Assembly: GCA_964488505.1 (NCBI GenBank)
Contig: CAZAUI010000002.1
Location: forward strand, 3,722-67,721
Source of the DNA: an uncultured Thermoplasmata archaeon
Lineage (GTDB): Archaea > Thermoplasmatota > Thermoplasmata > UBA10834
Length of the DNA stretch: 64,000 bases
Direction of reading: 5' to 3'
Position numbers and translations under genes: made by a program. How positions within the stretch are numbered: the first letter of the stretch is position 1; the number at the start of each line of letters is the position of its first letter. The notes beneath the pieces were generated by a model, which was given only the letters and a program-made list of their open reading frames with translations, ran no database searches and was not told where the DNA came from. This document shows, piece after piece, positions 17,108-24,273 of the stretch.

Positions 17108-18169
17108 ATGGTCACGCCCTCGCTCTATCTGCAGGGCAAGGGAGTCGTCTACTACCTGGGGCAGAAGGCGCAGTCGTACGGCAACCGCGCGTTCGTCATA
17201 GGCGGCAAGACCGCCCTGTCCCTGGTCGGGGACAAGGTCAGGAAATCGCTCGAGTCGAACGGGATAGACGTCGTGCTCTGGGAGGACGGCGTGAGCGAGT
17301 GCACATTGGCGACGATCAACCGGCTGGCCGCAGCGGGCAGGAAGGCGGACCCGCACTTCGTCGTGGGCGTCGGCGGAGGGAAGGCGGTCGACACGGCGAA
17401 GGCCGTCGCGTGGAAGCTCAAGGTCCCGTCCGTGATAGTAGGGACCCAGTGCGCGACGAACGCGGACACGAGCGCGGAGGTCGTGATATACGACGAGGAG
17501 CACGTGTTCGTCGAATGGCTCACGCTGCCCCGGAACCCCGTGCTGGTGATCGAGGACACGGAAGTGCTGGCGAAGGCGCCCGCGAAGTTCCTGGTCTGGG
17601 GCATGGGAGACGCGCTGTCGACGAAGTTCGAGGGCGAGGCGTATGCGAAGGCCCGCCTGAAGAAGAAGGACAAGGGTGTCCCGACCACAGCTGCGCTCGC
17701 GCTCTCAGACGCATGCTACAAGAGCCTCATGGAGAACGGGCTGAAGGCCCTCCACGACGTCGAGAGCGGCGTGCACTCGCGCGAGGTCGACGATGTGATC
17801 GAGGCGGTGAAACTCTCCTCGGGCATGGCGTTCGAGAACACAGGGTGCGCCCTCGCCCACGCGCTCCACAACGGCCTCAAGAAGACAGGGGAGGTCCACG
17901 GAGAGCACGGAGAGATCGTGGCTTACTGCACGATCGTCCAGATGATGTACGAGGGACGGCGCAAGGACGAGGTCATGGCGGTCAGGAACTGGTGTCAGAA
18001 GGTCGGCCTTCCGACCTCGCTCAAGACGCTGGGCGGTCCGTCGAAGACCGCGCTCCGAAAGGCTGCTGAGTACGCAGCGGACAAGGACCCGGACTCGAGG
18101 AACATGCCTGAGAAGATGAAGGCACAGGACATCCTGAAGGCGATCGAGGCAGTCGAATCGCTGCGATGA
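17108..18169 (+). CDS. gldA: Glycerol dehydrogenase family (iron-containing ADH superfamily, GldA-like)
   Basis: VGVGGGKAVDTAKAVA, VGTQCATNADTSAEVVIY and APAKFLVWGMGDALSTKFEGEA match the GldA blocks GGGKxxDTAKA / AS(T)DAPxS..vIY / AP.r...G.GDAl.t..Ea. ATG at 17108 was chosen because the longer ORF (16940) overlaps the convergent methyltransferase gene. Confidence 0.8.
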   Translation: MVTPSLYLQGKGVVYYLGQKAQSYGNRAFVIGGKTALSLVGDKVRKSLESNGIDVVLWEDGVSECTLATINRLAAAGRKADPHFVVGVGGGKAVDTAKAVAWKLKVPSVIVGTQCATNADTSAEVVIYDEEHVFVEWLTLPRNPVLVIEDTEVLAKAPAKFLVWGMGDALSTKFEGEAYAKARLKKKDKGVPTTAALALSDACYKSLMENGLKALHDVESGVHSREVDDVIEAVKLSSGMAFENTGCALAHALHNGLKKTGEVHGEHGEIVAYCTIVQMMYEGRRKDEVMAVRNWCQKVGLPTSLKTLGGPSKTALRKAAEYAADKDPDSRNMPEKMKAQDILKAIEAVESLR

Positions 18170-18253
18170 CGGCACCTCGCGCCCCCAGCATCCTGTCGAA
18201 ACGGAGAGGGTCGGGAACCGTTGGATGGGATCCGCGACTCTCCACGAAGGTGT

Positions 18254-18772
18254 TCACTTCTCCGGAATGTCTTGGCGGGAAGTGTTCCTCGCCGCTTCGC
18301 GCTCAAGCTTGATCAAGAGGGCCAAGACGTAGATGCCGAAGGCGGCGAACATCAAGACGAAGAACAGAGAGACCGACGATCCAGAGGCGACGTAGAGATA
18401 CAGGAACACCAGCGCGAGTCCTAAGAAGAACAAGGTCCCTGTGACCATCCCCAACATGAACTCGGACCTGGCCATTGTCGCGGAGACCCGGAGACTCGAC
18501 CACCGATAGTGTCGGTCGGCCACGACCTTGTCATCGTATACTCTGATATCGGCTTTCTCGAGCGGCAAGATCGTGACGTAGTCGTGAGACGACAGTGGCT
18601 TCGCGTCATCGATGTCGTCGGACGGACCACACACGTGGCAATCCGGGTTCATCACATCCCCGCACCAAGCGCAGTCTTCGTTCTCGCCTTGAGACGAGGT
18701 CCTCCGGCGTCCGCACATCCTGCATGTGACGCCGTCGTCCCCATACTCCCCGCCGCAGTCAGGACAGTTCAA
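18254..18772 (-). CDS. Double zinc-ribbon membrane protein, paralog A
   Basis: (L/M)NCPDCGGEYGDDGVTCRMCGRRR...CAWCGDVMNPDCHVCG, then a soluble ~70 aa and two TM helices (FMLGMVTGTLFFLGLALVFLYLYV, VSLFFVLMFAAFGIYVLALLI). The start was set at TTG 18770-18772 by homology with paralog B. The open frame extends to 18886, so the start is uncertain. Confidence 0.6.
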   Translation of the reverse strand: MNCPDCGGEYGDDGVTCRMCGRRRTSSQGENEDCAWCGDVMNPDCHVCGPSDDIDDAKPLSSHDYVTILPLEKADIRVYDDKVVADRHYRWSSLRVSATMARSEFMLGMVTGTLFFLGLALVFLYLYVASGSSVSLFFVLMFAAFGIYVLALLIKLEREAARNTSRQDIPEK

Positions 18773-18928
18773 TTCCGAACCTCTTCTGCGCGATGGAACG
18801 AGAAGGACAATATCCTTTCGGTGGAAGGCCTGGGCGAGGATTGCACCTGATACGCATCCTCGCTCAGAATCGAGCATACCTCCCAACCATTCGCCAAGGA
18901 GACAGTGCGAGGCATTGTTCCGAGCGCA

Positions 18929-18991
18929 ATGACGAGAGTGCGGTCCCAGAACATCCTTAAGGCGATCGAATCCGCAGAGTCGCTCCGGTGA
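18929..18991 (+). pseudogene. Orphan remnant of a gldA-like 3' end (21 codons including the stop)
   Basis: atg acg aga gtg cgg tcc cag aac atc ctt aag gcg atc gaa tcc gca gag tcg ctc cgg tga translates to MTRVRSQNILKAIESAESLR*. The true gldA end at 18104-18169 reads MPEKMKAQDILKAIEAVESLR*. The offset is ~822 nt and no upstream gldA body is present. Confidence 0.6.
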
Positions 18992-19054
18992 GCACCGTCC
19001 CGTGCCCGCAGTCGCAGTACGACGGCTTAGGCGAGCAACCTGCTCCGGTGTTCG

Positions 19055-19591
19055 CTACTTCTCCGAAGCTTGTTCGTCGGCGTTTCTTGCCGCCTCGGTC
19101 TCGAGCTTGACGAAGACGTACCACTGGTAGAGCCCGAGTGCAGCGAATAAAGCGAACGGCGCCAGAGTTATTGTCCAGCCAGTGAAAGCGTACAACGGCA
19201 AGAACAAGAACGCGATCACGAAGTACCAGACTACCCAAAATATGTTGCCTGCTCTCCAGACGGACCTGCGCATCGTCACGGAGGACTTGATGCCCGTGAG
19301 ACGCATCTCCTCGCTCATGACGACCTTGTCGTCGTAGACTCCTATCCCGGCGCTCTTCTGCGGAAACACTGTCGGATTGACGAGAGTGTCGAACTCGTAT
19401 GACGACAGAGGGGCCTCGTGAACAGTGTCATTGGGGGCGCCGCATTTCGGGCAGTCTCTCGCATCAGGGCTCATCCTGCTGCCACATTTGACGCAGTGCT
19501 TGTACTCGCCAGGGAACGACAGCCTCCGGCGTCCGCACTTGTCGCAGACACCGTCGTCCCCGTACTCCGTGCCACAGTCGGGACAGTCCAA
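19055..19591 (-). CDS. Double zinc-ribbon membrane protein, paralog B
   Basis: MDCPDCGTEYGDDGVCDKCGRRR...CVKCGSRMSPDARDCPKCG, a soluble region (GVYDDKVV, shared with paralog A), and two TM helices. The start is TTG (19589-19591). The C-terminal KLETEAARN matches KLEREAARN of paralog A. Confidence 0.65.
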   Translation of the reverse strand: MDCPDCGTEYGDDGVCDKCGRRRLSFPGEYKHCVKCGSRMSPDARDCPKCGAPNDTVHEAPLSSYEFDTLVNPTVFPQKSAGIGVYDDKVVMSEEMRLTGIKSSVTMRRSVWRAGNIFWVVWYFVIAFLFLPLYAFTGWTITLAPFALFAALGLYQWYVFVKLETEAARNADEQASEK

Positions 19592-19766
19592 TTCCGAACC
19601 TCGTCCGAGCGATTACCCGGGGCACATAATAGCCTTTCGCTGGATAGCCGGGCGGCAGAATCCAGGCCTGATAATGTATTTGTACTCAAAACCGAGTACG
19701 CCTCCCTACAACCCGCCCAGGGGACGGGGCGGGGCGTTGCGCTCGGCGCAAGGACGGGATTAGCAG

Positions 19767-20135
19767 ATGGTCGGGGACTCCAGTGGGCACGGAGAGGATT
19801 CTCCATCAAGGGACAACAACGGGAAGGTCTCGCGCAAGAGGGCCTCGGGCAACGGGGCGCCGAGCGGGGACCCGAGAGATGTCGTGATGAGGGCAGCGGA
19901 GCGGGGACGCCTCGACTCTGCTCAGGCCAAGGCGCTCCTGGACCTCACATCCCGCATGGGAGTGCTCGGCTTCGAGAACAGCCGGGTCGTGTCGGACCTG
20001 GTGATCGACATCGCCTACGAGGACTCCACACGCGAGAGGGCGAAGCTCGTCCGGAAGCTGAGGGAGTATCTCGAGAGCGACGGGCTCGCGAAAGACCTGG
20101 TGCCCGTCCTGTCTGGAGCGTTCAAACTTGAGTGA
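19767..20135 (+). CDS. Hypothetical small protein
   Basis: 122-aa ORF with ATG at 19767. Its stop overlaps the TTG start of the next gene by 8 nt. No recognisable motif. Confidence 0.4.
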   Translation: MVGDSSGHGEDSPSRDNNGKVSRKRASGNGAPSGDPRDVVMRAAERGRLDSAQAKALLDLTSRMGVLGFENSRVVSDLVIDIAYEDSTRERAKLVRKLREYLESDGLAKDLVPVLSGAFKLE

Positions 20136-20931
20136 AGAACCTGACCACGGGGAACCTCTGAAGGTCCACGGCAAGGATTATCTTGACGACCTCGCCAAGG
20201 TGAAGCTCGCCAAGGAAGCTTACGAGCTCGGGCTCGAGGTGGGCGAGCAGGGCCATGAGGAGTCGGCCGGATGGGTCGACGCCGAGCTGAAACACTTGAC
20301 ACAGCAGGCGGAAGAGCTCGAGATCATGGACGTGGTGAGGCGCAGGTACGAGTTCGGCAAGGAGAAGGGCCGCACCAGGAAACTGGGGAAGGAGCCCGAG
20401 GTCGTGCCGAACCAGTTAGTCAGGACCCGGAAGGCGGTCGACCGGCCCGAGGTCGCTGAGATCCCGAAGGAGGCGAGGCCGAGTGCGTTCGCCCCGCGCG
20501 TGTCCCCGGAAGAAGGCATCTGGTCCACGATATCCGTCATGAGATACGCCCGCGGGGACGAGCAGCTCCATTCGCACCTCGTGAACATGTTCGCGGGAGT
20601 CGGCGACCTGCACGACAGGATCATGAACTTGCAGCCGGGCAAGACCGCCGAGATCACTTTCGACTCTGCGCTCGACATGATCGCCGAGGTTGGCTGGCTC
20701 AGCACTTACGAGATCAAGTTCTTCGACGAGAGGAGCGCGATGGCGAGCATCGACGCCACCTCGATGCTGGCCAGGTCGTTCGGGAAATGCGCGACCCCGA
20801 TGTGCCTGCCCATAGTGAGCATGCTTGAGACGGCCGGGTTCAGGACCTTCGGCAAGCCCGTGCTGGCGGTCGAGGAGGCGTGCATGGCCCAGGGAAGGGA
20901 CCATTGCACGTTCAAGCTATTCCCGCGCTGA
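20128..20931 (+). CDS. Protein with a C-terminal V4R (4-vinyl reductase-type small-molecule-binding)-like domain
   Basis: The C-terminal ~130 aa end in GKCATPMCLPIVSMLETAGFRTFGKPVLAVEEACMAQGRDHCTFKLF. This fits the V4R pattern C....G.l.g......g....v.E..C...G...C.F. The N-terminal half is charged and coiled-coil-like. The TTG start is uncertain. Confidence 0.55.
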   Translation: MSEEPDHGEPLKVHGKDYLDDLAKVKLAKEAYELGLEVGEQGHEESAGWVDAELKHLTQQAEELEIMDVVRRRYEFGKEKGRTRKLGKEPEVVPNQLVRTRKAVDRPEVAEIPKEARPSAFAPRVSPEEGIWSTISVMRYARGDEQLHSHLVNMFAGVGDLHDRIMNLQPGKTAEITFDSALDMIAEVGWLSTYEIKFFDERSAMASIDATSMLARSFGKCATPMCLPIVSMLETAGFRTFGKPVLAVEEACMAQGRDHCTFKLFPR

Positions 20932-20940
20932 TGGCTTAGG

Positions 20941-21756
20941 TCACGCGGCCGAGGCGTCCTCGTGCCAGAACGGTCTTCTGAGGACGCTCACCTTGTGCCT
21001 GGATATCAGGACCGCCGCGGTGACTACGCCCGCGACGTCGAATATCAGGTCCCCGAGCGTGTCCACTCCCGGGTGGAAGTTGCTCCAGCCGAACAGCATG
21101 TCGGTTATGAACTCCGCGAACTCGAACGTGACCGAGACCGCGAGAAGGACCGCGACGGCGATCAACAGGTTCATCCGGCCGTTCTCTCGGGAAGGACCCG
21201 ACGGGCTGGCGGTCCAGCACATCAGGGACCACAGGAAGACCGTCAGGAACATCGTGCCCAGATAATGTGCCGCGAGGTCGTAGAAGGAGAGGTGCGAGGC
21301 GGAGTAGCCGAAGTACTGCGGCAGGCCCGCGCCGACTATGACCGCGGCCGCGAGCAGGAGAATCGCGCCTCCTGTGATGACCGCCTTCCGCTTCACCTCG
21401 ACCGCGACGAGCGGGAAGGCGATGCCGAGCGAGAACGCATAGGTCCAGGAGGACCACGTCCAGCCGCCGAGGTACATCGAGAGCATGAACAAGGACAGCA
21501 GCATCACGAGCACAGAGACGGATGCGAACGGCAGCTCGGAGGACCTGAGGAGCCTGCGCCTCCGGGCGAGCCAGACCACCGGCGCGCGCTCAGAATCCCT
21601 GCCGAGCATACGCCTGTTGAAGCGCTCGATGTTCGGAGCCTTCGGCGGGTCCGCGCCCCTGCCTCCAGACGGTGCTTCGCTCAGAGTCACTGGAAGCGCA
21701 GGGAATTCCGCCGGATATAGGGTTTGCGCCTCCCAGCTGGGTCCGCCGTTCGTCAC
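20941..21756 (-). CDS. Hypothetical multi-pass membrane protein (about 6 TM)
   Basis: 271-aa ORF with a GTG start that overlaps the stop of the upstream mttB-like gene (GTGA at 21753-21756). An alternative ATG lies at 21609. TM helices include FASVSVLVMLLSLFMLSMYL, AFSLGIAFPLVAV, GGAILLLAAAVIVGAGL, LGTMFLTVFLWSLMCW, LLIAVAVLLAVSVTF and LIFDVAGVVTAAVLI. Confidence 0.6.
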   Translation of the reverse strand: MTNGGPSWEAQTLYPAEFPALPVTLSEAPSGGRGADPPKAPNIERFNRRMLGRDSERAPVVWLARRRRLLRSSELPFASVSVLVMLLSLFMLSMYLGGWTWSSWTYAFSLGIAFPLVAVEVKRKAVITGGAILLLAAAVIVGAGLPQYFGYSASHLSFYDLAAHYLGTMFLTVFLWSLMCWTASPSGPSRENGRMNLLIAVAVLLAVSVTFEFAEFITDMLFGWSNFHPGVDTLGDLIFDVAGVVTAAVLISRHKVSVLRRPFWHEDASAA

Positions 21757-23213
21757 GCGCCGAGCGTCCTCATGTGTGAGGCCACGATCGAGTCGCCCTT
21801 CCTCGCGACCTCCGGGTCGACATCAGGGACGCGGTGTTCCGCGAGGACCTTCTTCGCGATCGCCTTCGCCTCAGGGACCATCGAGGTCGAGAGGGTCGCC
21901 TGCCAGTGCTTCCACTGCTGGTCCCTGAAGATGAGCTCCTTCTTGAAGTTCCGAAGGGTGTGCATGTGCCTGAGGAAAGTGTTCCCGTGGCCGACCGCCT
22001 CGACGATCTCCGTGGCCGCCGCAGCATCGTTGATCTCGAACCGGGTCATGTACTTCCTCGTGTCCATCCAGAGGTACGAATCTATCACGACCTGCTCGAG
22101 GGCCGCGCCCTTGGCCGCGTCGCAGCTCCCCGCGCCTGCAATCATGTCCGAGCCCGACATCGCCGCGAGGGACGTCGTGAGGAGCTCGGTGAAGGACGCC
22201 TGTATCCCCGGGACCTTCGTCTCGATGCCCCAGTTGCCCGTCTGGGACGGGAGGCCGTATCTCTTGGCCATCTGGGAGGCGCCTGACGCGATCATCGGCA
22301 GGTTGTGGGAAGCGTAGTCCATCACGCCCGTGGTCATGTCTATGGGAGCGGACTCGGAACTGTACACGAACGGCGCCCCGGGGGCGGCGGTCTGGGATAT
22401 CACCAGGCTCGCGAGGTTCTCCGCGTTGATGTTCACCAGGGTCCCGCAGGTCGTCACCGGGGATGACATCCCTGAGAGCGACATGGACATGCACACGACC
22501 GGTATGCCCGCTTTCGAGTACTCGACCTGCCCCTCGATGGACGCCTTCTCGAACTCGAGGGGTGCGATCGGGCAGCTGATGACGGAGAACAGCGGCTTCC
22601 GCCTGAGCTGTTCCGGGCCGCCGGCCACGAGCGCGCCGATGTCCACGAGCTTCTTGGCCTCCTCCGGGCCCTTCGGCGTCGGTATGACATGGATGTGCTT
22701 CGTGCAGTTCCTGATGGTCGTCCAGAGAGAGTGGAGCGCGAGTGCGTCCTGGGGGGCGTCGCCGGCCGTGACCGTCGTCCAGACGATGTCGACCGCGTCC
22801 ATGGCGTCCGCCATGCGCGAGAAGTTCGCGAGGTCCTTGCCCGTCGTCGGTCTCTTCTCCCCCGACTCGAGGTCGTATGTGTAGACTGCGAGCCCGGTCG
22901 TGGTCATGAGGGGCCACGACTCCACAGGTATGACCTTCTCGTTCTTCGGGTCCCTCGCGCCCAGGGTGATCTTCTTCGGGGCCTTCGAGACCGCGTCCTT
23001 CACCATGTCCTCGCTCATCTTCGCGATGCCTTTGTCGCGGTCCACGGAGGCGCCTGCCTGCTCCAACATGGCGAGCACCTTCTGGCTCTTCACCATCACC
23101 CCGATCTTCTCGAGCCACTTCAGGCTCGTTGCGTGCACTAGCTCCTCTTCTCCCCTGTCCAAGAACCTCAATCTGGCGACTGCCACAGGTGCCACCTCCA
23201 GCCCCGATTTCAT
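21753..23213 (-). CDS. MttB-superfamily (trimethylamine methyltransferase family) corrinoid methyltransferase, non-pyrrolysine type
   Basis: 486 aa from ATG 23211-23213, with end-to-end MttB-like sequence: RLRFLDRGEEELVHATSLKWLEKIGVMV..., SGEKRPTTGKDLANFSRMADAM, LRRKPLFSVISCPIAPLEF, GIPVVCMSMSLSGMSSPVT, APGAPFVYSSESAPIDMTTG, QMAKRYGLP, GHGNTFLRHMHTL. The frame is uninterrupted, with no in-frame TAG. Confidence 0.9.
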   Translation of the reverse strand: MKSGLEVAPVAVARLRFLDRGEEELVHATSLKWLEKIGVMVKSQKVLAMLEQAGASVDRDKGIAKMSEDMVKDAVSKAPKKITLGARDPKNEKVIPVESWPLMTTTGLAVYTYDLESGEKRPTTGKDLANFSRMADAMDAVDIVWTTVTAGDAPQDALALHSLWTTIRNCTKHIHVIPTPKGPEEAKKLVDIGALVAGGPEQLRRKPLFSVISCPIAPLEFEKASIEGQVEYSKAGIPVVCMSMSLSGMSSPVTTCGTLVNINAENLASLVISQTAAPGAPFVYSSESAPIDMTTGVMDYASHNLPMIASGASQMAKRYGLPSQTGNWGIETKVPGIQASFTELLTTSLAAMSGSDMIAGAGSCDAAKGAALEQVVIDSYLWMDTRKYMTRFEINDAAAATEIVEAVGHGNTFLRHMHTLRNFKKELIFRDQQWKHWQATLSTSMVPEAKAIAKKVLAEHRVPDVDPEVARKGDSIVASHMRTLGA

Positions 23214-23615
23214 CCGGGCCGGGGGAGCATACCCGCTTCTGTTCTTTAGGTTTTCCTGTGGAGATGCATGACAGTTAAGTATCTCGCGCTCGATACACCG
23301 GGCAGAGCTGCCACCTAGCACAGGAGGTAGCCGTGGGGAGAACGGACGATGGTCACATTCTACAGGCCCGAGGCGCACCGGTCATCGCTCATGCTTCCCG
23401 GCCGGAAGAGGGAGGCATCCTTAGACCAGGTGCTCATCAGGCTGCTTCTGCACCTCGGGGCAGGGCTGCAGGTCGGAAAGCCAGCCTGCTGATTCTCATC
23501 CGCTTGCGGCCGCAGGGTACGGCCGCGCAACATGTTTAGCCGCCGTCGAGTGCGGCACGCTGTTTGGGCCTGGGCCCGCGTGGCCCGGGGTTTGAGGTTC
23601 CATAGGAGGAATGAC

Positions 23616-24269
23616 ATGGCAAGTGACAAGGAGTCGATATTGGCAGAGCTCGAGAACGGAGTCAAGAACCTGCAGCAGGAGGTCGCGGTGGAGGCCGCGA
23701 AGAAGGCGTTGGCGGCCGGCGTGAGCCCCGTCGAGGCGATAGAGGAAGGCCTCTCGAAGGGGATACGCGCGGTAGGGGAGAAGTTCGCGAAGAAGGAGAT
23801 GTTCGTCGTCGAGCTGATCTACGCCGCCGAGATCATGAGCCTCGCGATACAGGTGCTGGAGCCGGAGCTGAAGAAGGTCTCGGCCCAGAGGAACGTCGTG
23901 GGCAGGATGGTGCTGGGGACCGTGGCCGGGGACATACACGACATCGGCAAGAACCTCGTGCGCATCATGCTCGAGGCGAGCGGGTTCGAGGTGCGCGACC
24001 TCGGGAAGGACGCGTCGACCGAGAGCTTCGTCTCCGCGGCGAAGGAGATGGGCGCGGACATCCTTGGGGCGTCCTCGCTCATGACGACGACGGTCGAGGT
24101 CCAGAAGGAGGTCGTGGACGCGCTCAGGGCCGCGGGGATAGACGCGCCGCTGCTGGTCGGCGGGGCCGCCGTGTCCGAGGAGTGGGCGAAGGAGATAGGG
24201 GCGCACTACGCCTCGGACGCCAACAACGCGACCGTCATCGCGAAGCAGGTCCTGGGCAAGGGAGGCTGA
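23616..24269 (+). CDS. Methyltransferase cognate corrinoid (B12-binding) protein, MttC/MtbC/MtgC-like
   Basis: 217 aa with ATG at 23616, preceded by ggagga at 23605-23610. It has an N-terminal helical cap and a B12-binding Rossmann domain with GDIHDIGKN (DxHxxG), GASSLMTTT (SxL) and LLVGGAAV (GG). Confidence 0.9.
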   Translation: MASDKESILAELENGVKNLQQEVAVEAAKKALAAGVSPVEAIEEGLSKGIRAVGEKFAKKEMFVVELIYAAEIMSLAIQVLEPELKKVSAQRNVVGRMVLGTVAGDIHDIGKNLVRIMLEASGFEVRDLGKDASTESFVSAAKEMGADILGASSLMTTTVEVQKEVVDALRAAGIDAPLLVGGAAVSEEWAKEIGAHYASDANNATVIAKQVLGKGG

Positions 24270-24273
24270 GCGG

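Noticed and set aside
21871-23118. 415-aa alternative-frame ORF on the minus strand inside the first mttB-like gene.
   Set aside because: The Arg/Gly/Asp/His-rich translation has no motifs. The other minus-strand frame carries the MttB-family blocks.
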